Of a stretch of DNA of 64,000 bases, positions 50,748-59,567 are shown in pieces. Each line of letters starts with the position of its first letter. Positions within the stretch are counted from its first letter, which is position 1. Under the pieces are notes generated by a model. The model was not told the origin of the DNA, ran no database searches, and worked only from the letters and a program-made list of their open reading frames with translations. The stretch is from Candidatus Binatia bacterium (lineage in GTDB: Bacteria > Desulfobacterota > Binatia > HRBIN30). The stretch lies in the NCBI GenBank assembly GCA_038245295.1, contig JBBRSP010000002.1, positions 192,001 to 256,000 of the forward strand, in the 5' to 3' direction. The translations under genes and the position numbers were made by a program.

Positions 50748-53700
50748 ACCTGCTCGAGATCATCCGCGACGCACGGGACCACCTGCGGGAGAACGGCCGC
50801 GTGTCGCTGCGCGTGCTGCGCCGGCAGTTCGAGCTCGACGACGAGGGGCTCGACGAGCTGATCGAGGAGCTCGTCGACGTGCAGCGCGTGGCGCGTCGAG
50901 AAGAGAACGTGCTCGTCTGGGCCGGGAACGAAGACCCGGCGCCGTCCGCCGCCCGCCGTCCACCCTCCGCCTCTTCTCCGGCCAGCCCCCAGTCCCCAGC
51001 CCCCAGCCCACTGAGCTACACGCCGAAGCATCTCGCCGACAAGATCCTGCAGTCCAAGTCCGCCCTCGAAGGCGAGCGCAAGCAGGTGACGGTGATGTTC
51101 GCCGACGTGAAGGGCTCGATGGAGCTGGCCGAGCAACTCGATCCGGAGGCATGGCACCAGATCCTCGACCGCTTCTTCGCCATCCTCACCGAAGGCGTGC
51201 ACCGCTTCGAGGGCACGGTGAACCAATACACCGGCGACGGCATCATGGCGCTGTTCGGCGCGCCGATCGCGCACGAGGATCACGCCCAGCGCGCCTGCTT
51301 TGCGGCGCTGCACCTGCTCGAAGAGGTGCGCGGCTACTCGCGCGAGGTGAAGCGCGCGCACGGGCTCGACTTCGCTGTGCGCATCGGGCTGCATTCCGGC
51401 GACGTCGTTGTCGGCAAGATCGGCGACGATCTGCGCATGGACTACACGGCGCAGGGCCACACCGTCGGCCTGGCGCAGCGCATGGAGAGTTTGGCGGAGG
51501 CCAACAGCTGCTTCGTCAGCGGTGCGACGGCGGCGCTGGCGGCCGGCTATTTCGCCTTCGACGATCTCGGCGCCTTTCGCGTCAAGGGCGTCACCGAACC
51601 GGTGAACGTGTTCGTGCTGCGCGGCCTCGGCGCCGTGCGCACGCGCTTCGATGCGTCGCGGGCCCGCGGTCTCACGCGCTTCGTGGGTCGCGACGATGAC
51701 ATGCACACGCTCGAAGCCGCTCTCGCCCAGGCGCAGGCGGGGCACGGCCAGGTGATCGGCGTCGTGGCGGAGGCAGGAACGGGAAAGAGCCGCCTCTGTT
51801 TCGAGTTCGCCGAGCGTTGTCGCGCCCGCGGCATGACGATCAACGAGAGCCAGGCCGTGGCGCACGGGAAGAACGTCCCGCTCCTGCCGATCCTGCAGGT
51901 GCTGCGCGCCTACTACGGGATCGGCGAACGCGACGACGATCGCATGGTGCGCGAAAAGATCGCCGGGCGCCTGTTGCTGCTCGACGAGAGCTTCCGCGAG
52001 GTCCTGCCGGTGATCTTCGACTTCTTCAGGGTGCCCGACCCGGAGCGGCCGGTGCCCCGCATGGATCCAGAGGCGCGCCAGCGCCTGTATTTCGCCGTGC
52101 TGCGCAAAGTAGTGCAGCGCGACGATCCCTCCGGCCGCCCGCCGGTCACGTTGATCGAGGATCTCCACTGGATGGACCCGGCCAGCGAGGCGTTCCTCAC
52201 CGAGTGGGTGGAAGCGATCGGCGCGTCCGGCCGCTTGCTGGTGGTGAACTTCCGCCCCGAGTACCGCGCCGCCTGGATGCAGAAGTCGTACTATCGACAG
52301 ATCGCCCTCACGCCGCTCGGGCCCGAAGCCATCCGCGAACTGCTCTCGGACCTGTTGGGCAACGACGAGAGCACGGCGGGCCTCGCCGATACGATCCACG
52401 CGCGCAGCGGCGGCAACCCCTTCTTCGCCGAGGAGATCGTGCAGACGCTGATCGAGTCCGGAAACCTGCAAGGGAGCCGCGGCAGCTATCGCCTGACGAC
52501 ACCAGTGGCGCGACTCGACGTGCCGCCTTCCGTGCGCGGACTGTTGGGCGCGCGCATCGACCGGCTCGACGAGTGCGACAAGCAGGTGCTGCAGACCGCC
52601 GCCGTCATCGGCAAGGAGTTCTCCGAGCCGATTCTCCGCCAGGTGCTGGCTGCGACCGCCGGAGACGCTCTGCCCGAAACCCAGCTCGCCGAGGCGCTCG
52701 CGACCTTACGGACGCGCGAGTTCCTGCACGAGACCGCCCTCTACCCGGTCGCCGAGTACACGTTCAAACATCCGCTGACGCAGGAGGTAGCACTCGGTTC
52801 GCAACTGCAGGAGCGGCGCCGGCAGATCCACGCGGCAGTGGCGGCGGCGATCGAAGCGACGCACGCCGACAAGCTCGACGAGCACGCGGCGCTACTGGCA
52901 CACCACTGCACGCAGGCGGGCGAGGCATTGGCGGCAGCGCAATGGCACGCGCGCGCCGCGACATTCCTCGCACGGAGCGACGTCACGGAATCAGCACGCC
53001 ACTGGCAGCAGGCGCGCGAGGTGTTGTGCAAGGTCGCCGACGACCCGCGCGCGCCGGCGCTCGGCGCCAACGCCTGTTTTCACGTGCTCGGCCTCGCGTT
53101 CCGGCTGGGTGTACCGGAGCCCGAGGCGCAAGCCGTGTTTCGCGAAGGGCTCGATTGGGCTGCGCGCACGGACGACCCGCTCTGGGCGGCCCGGTTGCAC
53201 CAAGCTATGGCGGTGTTCGAGAGCGGCAACAATCGGTTCGATGCCGGGCTCCGCCACGGCGTGGAATGGGAACGCATCGTGCGCTCGTTGCCCGACGCGG
53301 AGCGCCGTGCCTGCGCCCTCTGGCCGACTCTTGTGCCATTGCTCGGTAAGGGAGACTTGGCCGCCCTGCGGATCAACTGCCAGCAGCAGATCGCCTGGAC
53401 CGAGACGCATCCCGAATGGGGCATGCGAGATTGGGGCGTCAGTGCACTCGCGGACGTGCTCAACACCCTAGCGTGGGTTGAGTTCCGGGATGGGACTTTC
53501 GAGCAGGCTCGTGCGTTGACCGAGCGCTCGATCGACATCGCACGAGGGCTGAACAACGAGACCGAGGTGTGGGGCTTGGGGGTCCTCGGAGATCTGGGAT
53601 TCCTCGCCGGTGACCCGGAGCTGTCTCGAGCAGCGGTCGAACGTGGCGTCCGAATCAGCGAACCACTGGGGGTGTTGGCACGCCAAATTGCCCACAGTCG

Positions 53701-54199
53701 GCTCGGTCGACAGCTCTTGCTCGACGGGCGGGCGGCTGAGGCGGCGGAGGCGCTCGAGTACGCCCAGTCGTTCTGCAAAGACGGAAACCGCACCCAGGAG
53801 CTGTTCATCGCACAAGCGCTGGCACAGGCAAGGCTCGAAGCAGGCGAACCCGCGCGCGCGCGGGCGATGGCCGAAGCCGCGCTGGAGGACTCTCTCAAGC
53901 TCGGCGCCCGCCTCTGCGCGATCGATTCCGCGCTGGTGTTGTCGGCCGCCCTGCGCGCCGAGACGGGCCTGGGAGCCGCGCCGTGGATCGAAGAGGTGCT
54001 CGCGACCGCCGACCGCCTGATCGCCGAAACCGGCGCTCGAAACATGACCGCATTCGTGCTCGTGGAGCGCGCGGCGCTATCTGCCCTGCGTGGCGACAGG
54101 CGGCAGCAGGCGGAGCATCTCCGCCGCGCCCACGAGGCGTTCACACGGATGGGTGCCACAGGCCAAGCAGCCCGCCTCGCGCGGGAGCTCAGCTCATGA
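50744..54199 (+). CDS. Class III cyclase-AAA-TPR protein with N-terminal HTH-like domain
   Basis: GTG overlapping the previous stop; same cyclase and AAA motifs; divergent helical C-terminus. Confidence 0.9.
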   Translation: MNLLEIIRDARDHLRENGRVSLRVLRRQFELDDEGLDELIEELVDVQRVARREENVLVWAGNEDPAPSAARRPPSASSPASPQSPAPSPLSYTPKHLADKILQSKSALEGERKQVTVMFADVKGSMELAEQLDPEAWHQILDRFFAILTEGVHRFEGTVNQYTGDGIMALFGAPIAHEDHAQRACFAALHLLEEVRGYSREVKRAHGLDFAVRIGLHSGDVVVGKIGDDLRMDYTAQGHTVGLAQRMESLAEANSCFVSGATAALAAGYFAFDDLGAFRVKGVTEPVNVFVLRGLGAVRTRFDASRARGLTRFVGRDDDMHTLEAALAQAQAGHGQVIGVVAEAGTGKSRLCFEFAERCRARGMTINESQAVAHGKNVPLLPILQVLRAYYGIGERDDDRMVREKIAGRLLLLDESFREVLPVIFDFFRVPDPERPVPRMDPEARQRLYFAVLRKVVQRDDPSGRPPVTLIEDLHWMDPASEAFLTEWVEAIGASGRLLVVNFRPEYRAAWMQKSYYRQIALTPLGPEAIRELLSDLLGNDESTAGLADTIHARSGGNPFFAEEIVQTLIESGNLQGSRGSYRLTTPVARLDVPPSVRGLLGARIDRLDECDKQVLQTAAVIGKEFSEPILRQVLAATAGDALPETQLAEALATLRTREFLHETALYPVAEYTFKHPLTQEVALGSQLQERRRQIHAAVAAAIEATHADKLDEHAALLAHHCTQAGEALAAAQWHARAATFLARSDVTESARHWQQAREVLCKVADDPRAPALGANACFHVLGLAFRLGVPEPEAQAVFREGLDWAARTDDPLWAARLHQAMAVFESGNNRFDAGLRHGVEWERIVRSLPDAERRACALWPTLVPLLGKGDLAALRINCQQQIAWTETHPEWGMRDWGVSALADVLNTLAWVEFRDGTFEQARALTERSIDIARGLNNETEVWGLGVLGDLGFLAGDPELSRAAVERGVRISEPLGVLARQIAHSRLGRQLLLDGRAAEAAEALEYAQSFCKDGNRTQELFIAQALAQARLEAGEPARARAMAEAALEDSLKLGARLCAIDSALVLSAALRAETGLGAAPWIEEVLATADRLIAETGARNMTAFVLVERAALSALRGDRRQQAEHLRRAHEAFTRMGATGQAARLARELSS

Positions 54200-55262
54200 A
54201 CTGCCCGGCGTGCCAGCACGAGAACCGGCCAGGTGCCAAATTCTGCGAGGAATGCGCCGCACCGATCAGGAACCTGTGCATCGGCTGTGGCGCGGAGCTG
54301 CGTTTAACCGCGAAGTTCTGCGATGAATGTGGCGCGCCGGTGGGCGCCTCAACTCCGGATGTTGCGGCGGGTTTCAAACCCGCCGCAACAAGGGAGTCGC
54401 GTTCCCCTCGCGCCTACACCCCCAAGCACCTCGCCGACAAAATCCTGCAGTCGAAGTCCGCCCTCGAAGGCGAGCGCAAGCAGGTCACCGTCCTCTTCGC
54501 CGACGTGAAGGGCTCGATGGAGCTGGCCGAGCAACTCGATCCGGAGGTATGGCACCAGATCCTCGACCGCTTCTTCGCCATCCTCACCGAGGGCGTGCAC
54601 CGCTTCGAGGGCACGGTGAACCAGTACACCGGCGACGGCATCATGGCGCTGTTCGGCGCGCCGATCGCGCACGAGGATCATGCGCAGCGCGCTTGCTTCG
54701 CAGCGCTGCACCTGCGCGACCGCGTGCGCCAGTACGCCGACGAGCTGCGCCTCGATCCCGGCGTCAACTTCTCCTTCCGCCTCGCCCTCAACTCGGGCGA
54801 GGTGATCGTCGGCAAGATCGGCGACGATCTGCGCATGGACTACACGGCGCAGGGGCACACCGTCGGCCTGGCCCAGCGCATGGAGCAGCTGGCGCCGGCG
54901 GACGGCATCGCGCTGTCGCAGCACACACAGAAATCGGTCGACGGCTACTTCGCCGTGCGCTCGCTCGGGCCGCTGCGGGTGAAGGGTTCGCGCCAGCCGG
55001 TCGGCGTTTTCGTGTTGGAGGGCGTCGGCAGTCATCGCACCCGCCTCGACACATCGAGGGCGCGCGGGCTTTCGCGCTTCGTCGGCCGCGGCAGTGAAAT
55101 GGAGGCGCTCGAGTCGGCGCTGGCGCGCTCGCTCGAGGGCACGGGCCGCGTTGCCGCGGTCGTCGGCGAGGCGGGGGTCGGCAAGAGCCGGCTCTGCGCC
55201 GAGTTCATCGAGCGCTGCCGCGCCCGCGAGCTCGTCGTCTACGAGGCCCACTGCCCGCACCG
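54196..55262 (+). pseudogene. Truncated double-zinc-ribbon cyclase-AAA paralog
   Basis: ATGA overlap; homology to the paralogs ends after GEAGVGKS...YEAHCPH; ORF runs on as non-homologous sequence to 55428. Confidence 0.88.
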
Positions 55263-55269
55263 GTTTCGA

Positions 55270-55329
55270 GGGACGTGGTTGCGATTCTCGCGATTGTCCA
55301 GAGAATCGCGAGAATCGCAACCGCGTCCC
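55270..55329. repeat. 26-bp inverted-repeat hairpin related to the RAYT-flanking repeats
   Basis: gggacgtggttgcgattctcgcgatt-N8-aatcgcgagaatcgcaaccgcgtccc (1 mismatch). Confidence 0.85.
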
Positions 55330-55424
55330 CGAATCGACGGCTTGCGCCGGGGAGGCGGATGTCCAGCGTTCCCTCCAAGTCAAAGTTGGGCTCTGTCGGA
55401 GAGGTGGACGAGCTGCGGCGCGCG

Positions 55425-55703
55425 TTAGGCGGCGCGGCGCTTGGCCAACGACTCGGCGAGCAAGAGCTTTATCAACGCCTGGTACGGCACATCGCGGGCG
55501 GATGCCGTAGCTTTCAATTGATTGAGCAACTCGGACGGGAGGCGGATCGACACCACTTGCGTCGGAGGAGGTTTGGGAAGCTCGAGGCCGAGGTCTTCAA
55601 AGGTCAACGGGTTGGCCGCCTTGATCATCGCCGATGTGTCGCGAGTATCGTAGTCGCGGATCTCCATACGCCGCGTCCTCGTCGTTCTACGCTTCTGCGC
55701 CAT
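55425..55703 (-). CDS. BrnA/CopG-like RHH antitoxin
   Basis: SIRLPSELLNQLK...VPYQALIK; overlaps the toxin 3' end. Confidence 0.85.
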   Translation of the reverse strand: MAQKRRTTRTRRMEIRDYDTRDTSAMIKAANPLTFEDLGLELPKPPPTQVVSIRLPSELLNQLKATASARDVPYQALIKLLLAESLAKRRAA

Positions 55704-55974
55704 AGATACGCCTTTCCTGGCGCGAAGCCGGCCTTGCCGTGATAATTCGCACCTTGCGGCCGCGAAGGGTGAAGCCAACCATCAACACGCGAGCCTCCAA
55801 GCTGCGACCATACAACAAATAGCGAGCTTCGCTCCGACTCGAATGTCGCCGGTCCTCGAATAGGCGATAGTGGTCGTCGTAGAATGCACTCTCGGCCTCC
55901 AAGCGCGATACGCCGTGTTTGATTTCATTCTTCTGGACATTCCACTGGTCCCAATCGAAAACGATTTCCTTCAT
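55687..55974 (-). CDS. brnT: BrnT family toxin
   Basis: FDWD, KNEIKHGV, HS..EARY, RIITAR. Confidence 0.9.
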   Translation of the reverse strand: MKEIVFDWDQWNVQKNEIKHGVSRLEAESAFYDDHYRLFEDRRHSSRSEARYLLYGRSLEARVLMVGFTLRGRKVRIITARPASRQERRIYGAEA

Positions 55975-55993
55975 TCGTCGAGTTCGAGTCTAG

Positions 55994-56287
55994 CCCCGCG
56001 CGCGGTGTAGCGTCAAACACTACACAATCAAATGGTCGCCCCAGACTCCCCTCGGGCCCCAGATACCGACGAAAACGCCAGCCCCACGCGCGACACCCAC
56101 ACCGACGTCAACGCACCCGGGGACGCCCGCTGTCGATCCAGGCGACACGGACGCTGCCGCGCGAACGAGCCCCGACAGCGGCTGCCAGATCCAGGCCGCT
56201 GATCTGAGCAGCAACGCTTGGTTGATGCTCCCGCTTGTTGTGGTTGCTTGGCGGCGGCGACGACACCGCGAAAACACGGCGCGGTGA
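55994..56287 (+). pseudogene. Orphan C-terminal fragment of a surface protein (PT linker plus MYXO-CTERM-like sorting signal)
   Basis: ...ATPTPTST...SGCQIQ...AWLMLPLVVVAWRRRR*; no start codon before the PT linker, upstream stop at 55991. Confidence 0.6.
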
Positions 56288-56478
56288 CCCGGGTCGAGCT
56301 CGGCTACACTGATCGAATCGACGCGTTGTGCGCCTCGGAACGCGTGGACGGTCACGGACGATCCGATTTGCGCACGCACGCCGGCTGGACGAACGTTGAG
56401 CGTTACGCGCTGTCCGGCGTGATTTTTATCGCGTCCGGACGAACGCCGCGCTGGTGATGAGATCCCCGCGGGCAATTG

Positions 56479-57699
56479 GGGACGCGGGCACAATCCGCAC
56501 AATTCCCCGGTTACATGCGCTGACTACAGGCATTGCAGCGATGTATTGCGGCGATTTCGATTGCCGTGGCTATCTCGTACCTTCCTCGCATGCCGCGTGG
56601 CCCTCGTCTGGATGCGCCTCTGGCGCTGCATCACGTCTGGAATCGCGGCATCGAGCGCTGCGACATCTTCCGCGACGACACCGATCGCCTTGACTTCCTG
56701 GCCCGCATCCAGGCTGCCGTTCGTGCCAAGCATTTTGCTGTGTACGCTTGGGCGCTGATGTCGAACCATTTCCACTTGCTGACGCAAACCGGCAACCTCG
56801 GCCTCTCGGCCGCCATGCGCGTCATCGAGGGCGGTTACGCCACATCCTTCAATAAACGCCACCGCCGCTCCGGTCACCTGTTCCAGAACCGCTTCAAGAA
56901 TGTGCTGGTCGGCGAAGACCCCTATCTCCTCGAGTTGCTGCGCTACATTCACTTGAACCCCGTGCGCGCCGGCATTGTGGCCGGTCTCGACGAACTCGAT
57001 CGTTATGCGTGTACCGGTCACGCCGCGATGATGGGAAATCGCATTGTGCCCTGGCACGACCACAACTTCGGTCTCGTGATGTTCGGCGTCGACTTCACCG
57101 AGGCGCGCAACGCCTATCGCTCCTTTGTAGCCGACGGCCTCAACTACCCCGAGCCGAACCTCGACGGTGGTGGACTGCGGCGCAGCCTAGGATTGTGGCA
57201 GCGCCTCAACCCGATGCGGCGCGGCCGCGAAGCCTGGAGCTTCGACGAGCGCATCTACGGCAGCAGCGAGTTCGTCGATTCGGTGCTCGCCGACATCAAC
57301 GCCGACGACACGCTTGAGCCCCGACCACCAGACGCCGGACAACTGCTCCATCACCTTGTTGAGCAACTGGCTCGTTTGACGGGCTTGCAGCCTGCCGAGC
57401 TGCGCTCCAACAGCAAGCGACCCAGTATCGTTCAAGCGCGCCGGGCACTTTGTTACCTCGCCGTCCGCCACGCGGCGCTCCCGGCGCGCCAGGTCGCCTT
57501 GCACTTAGGTGTCCGACCGTACGCCGTCCTGCGCTGCGCCGCAGGCGGAGAACAAGCCCTCCGCAAGATCGGTTGCAGAGCTGCCGAACTGCTCGCCTCC
57601 ACGGCTCATCCGCGCTGATACCGGCCCCGGCTCGCTCACCTTTCGGGACGATGCTTTCATCACACTCGCCAAGAATTGTGCGGATTGTGCCCGCGTCCC
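56479..57699 (+). mobile_element. RAYT element bounded by perfect 27-bp inverted repeats
   Basis: gggacgcgggcacaatccgcacaattc (56479-56505) and its reverse complement (57673-57699). Confidence 0.88.
56590..57618 (+). CDS. REP-associated tyrosine transposase (Y1 HUH) with C-terminal DnaA_C-like HTH
   Basis: MPRGPR, HHVWNRG, YAWALMSNHFHLL, GHLFQNRF, YIHLNP. Confidence 0.93.
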   Translation: MPRGPRLDAPLALHHVWNRGIERCDIFRDDTDRLDFLARIQAAVRAKHFAVYAWALMSNHFHLLTQTGNLGLSAAMRVIEGGYATSFNKRHRRSGHLFQNRFKNVLVGEDPYLLELLRYIHLNPVRAGIVAGLDELDRYACTGHAAMMGNRIVPWHDHNFGLVMFGVDFTEARNAYRSFVADGLNYPEPNLDGGGLRRSLGLWQRLNPMRRGREAWSFDERIYGSSEFVDSVLADINADDTLEPRPPDAGQLLHHLVEQLARLTGLQPAELRSNSKRPSIVQARRALCYLAVRHAALPARQVALHLGVRPYAVLRCAAGGEQALRKIGCRAAELLASTAHPR

Positions 57700-57722
57700 G
57701 AAATCGCGAAATCGGCCCCCCC

Positions 57723-57922
57723 CGGCAACACGCCGGCCGCGAAGGATGAAGCGCGGTCGCGATTCCTGGAACCGCTCCTGGGACACCTCGACACGGCCGG
57801 GCTGGGCCATCTTCCCGAAGTCGCCGGCGGCGAGCCGCCGCACACGCCGGGCGGATGTCCATTTCAAGCCTGGTCGGTGGGTGAGGCATTGCGCCTCGAT
57901 CGCATCGTCCTCGCCTGACCGC
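57723..57922 (+). repeat. Duplicated 3' end of the glycogen debranching gene (direct repeat of 46227-46426)
   Basis: 200-bp ungapped match with 20 mismatches by manual count, including the stop codon plus ccgc. Confidence 0.95.
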
Positions 57923-58023
57923 CACTGGCGCAAGGTCTGAGCAAGGTCAGCGGAGAATAGTGCGAAGAATGGAGCACCGAGACTCAAGGGACTGCTGCCA
58001 AGGGCCTTTGCGGCGCGCCCGAT

Positions 58024-58443
58024 TTACGGCTTCATGCTTGGCAATGCCACCATCTTCAGTCCGGGGATGTCTTCAAAGTCCTTGAGATTCGATGTCAGGA
58101 GCTTGAGGTCGTGTTGAATCGCCTGCGCGGCCAACCATAGGTCATTGATACGGACGTACGGATCTCGGCCGCTTTTCTTCAGCTGAGCCGCAAGTGATCC
58201 GAATATCTCGGCGGTGTCGATGGTGATTCGGAGTTGCGGCTTGCGCCGTAAGCGTCGGAGGGTGGCACCGGCTCGTTCCTTCAGGGGACCACCGCGTAGC
58301 ACGGCGAAGCCAAACTGTAGTTCGGCGACATTGATCGGCGACAAGTACACCGGCTCCTGGCCGGTGATCTTGTGAATGTCCGCGGCACCGAGCGCGCCGC
58401 GCTCGACGGCGATCCAGATGCTGGTGTCGATTAGCCAACCCAC
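58024..58443 (-). CDS. vapC: PIN-domain toxin
   Basis: LIDTS, AEL, NDLWLAA, LLTSNLKDF. Confidence 0.92.
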   Translation of the reverse strand: MGWLIDTSIWIAVERGALGAADIHKITGQEPVYLSPINVAELQFGFAVLRGGPLKERAGATLRRLRRKPQLRITIDTAEIFGSLAAQLKKSGRDPYVRINDLWLAAQAIQHDLKLLTSNLKDFEDIPGLKMVALPSMKP

Positions 58444-58706
58444 GGGTTCTTCAGCTCGGACACTCGGCCACGCCGGCTCTTGCGCTGCGACGAGATGACG
58501 CGCGACAGAGCCTCGGCGGTCTTGTCGTCGAGCGTTCGATAGAGGTCACCGAAGACCTCCATGGCATCCTGCCGCTGCGCCTCGGGTACGAGTCGCGCTA
58601 CCCGGCGACGGTTACGCACCAGCACGATCTCTTCCTGGTCGCGTTCCAGTCGGTCGAGCACAGAGCTGAAGTTGCGCGCCACCTCGGTTGCCGAGAGGGT
58701 TTTCAT
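58431..58706 (-). CDS. Phd/YefM antitoxin
   Basis: SATEVARNFSSVLD, IVLVRN..VARLVP; overlaps the toxin start. Confidence 0.9.
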   Translation of the reverse strand: MKTLSATEVARNFSSVLDRLERDQEEIVLVRNRRRVARLVPEAQRQDAMEVFGDLYRTLDDKTAEALSRVISSQRKSRRGRVSELKNPWVG

Positions 58707-58952
58707 TGTCGCGACGATATCTGATCGAATCTGATTCTACAAGAATTGGCGTACTGGTTCCGGGCTCGCGCTCTGGATGCGGCTTGGCAGAACCAGAGGG
58801 CTCAGCCGATCGAGGAAGGTGCGGCGGCCATCGTCACAACGCAGATATCGCGTTCGATGCCACGGGCGATGACGTACATCACCTTCGCCCGACGCTTAGA
58901 AGCGAACTGGTTCGCAGTTGCGGCGACCTCTGGAGGATGCAATCTTGTGCAC

Positions 58953-59168
58953 ATGGATACGCCTCTGACCGCTGAGGATCTCTTGCCGTGGCTCCTCAAG
59001 CTGCCACACGATGAGCAACTGCGTCTGGCCAGACTCGCGTTGCATGCAGCTTCAGGCGGCGGGCGCGACGACCAACATGCCTACCAGGTTGCCCCAACCA
59101 CGAAGGAAGAATTTTCGATCGCTGAGGATTCCCTGACATGGGACGGCGAAGGCTGGGACGAGTTTTGA
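58953..59168 (+). CDS. Small acidic protein, probable antitoxin
   Basis: MDTPLTAEDLLP...WDGEGWDEF, 3 bp upstream of the MazF-like gene. Confidence 0.6.
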   Translation: MDTPLTAEDLLPWLLKLPHDEQLRLARLALHAASGGGRDDQHAYQVAPTTKEEFSIAEDSLTWDGEGWDEF

Positions 59169-59171
59169 CCC

Positions 59172-59393
59172 ATGCGCCGCGGAGAGATTCGCTGGTACAC
59201 GTTTGCGCCGCCGAATAAACTGCGTCCTGTGCTGCTTCTCACCCGAGATGCGGTGATCAATACCTTGAATAAGGTTATCGCCGTAGCGGCAACACGAACG
59301 ATCCGGGGACTTTCAGCGGAAGTGCTTCTTTCACCGGACGATGGCATCGGTACCCACGCGCAATACGACGGGATCGACGCGCCGACGATTTGA
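59172..59393 (+). pseudogene. MazF/PemK N-terminus fused to a HigB C-terminal tail
   Basis: MRRGEI...RPVLLLTRD...TRTIRG...DDG then IGTHAQYDGIDAPTI*. Confidence 0.75.
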
Positions 59394-59406
59394 CGGAGGA
59401 GGAGTT

Positions 59407-59475
59407 GTGGCGATCACGCCGATTCGCAGTCGTGCCGACTATCGCAAGGCCCTCAAACGAATCGGGCTGAAGTAG
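59407..59475 (+). pseudogene. HigA antitoxin N-terminal remnant
   Basis: GGAGGAGGAG RBS then GTG; MAITPIRSRADYRKALKRI followed by an early stop. Confidence 0.65.
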
Positions 59476-59567
59476 GGAGCCAAAGATGGGACGCGCGGAC
59501 CTTGATCCGGCGGCTTGGTCGGGGTCGGCGGCCCCGCAAATCAGAAACAGATTCAAGGAGAACGAAG

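Noticed and set aside
47325..55383. Long antisense and alternate-frame ORFs (e.g. 47325-49478, 50678-52471, 13102-14685, 44170-45804)
   Set aside because: Shadow ORFs of GC-rich genes, with no recognisable motifs
57723..57922. Diversity-generating retroelement TR/VR pair with 46227-46426
   Set aside because: Mismatches are mostly synonymous and not adenine-specific; no reverse transcriptase in the window
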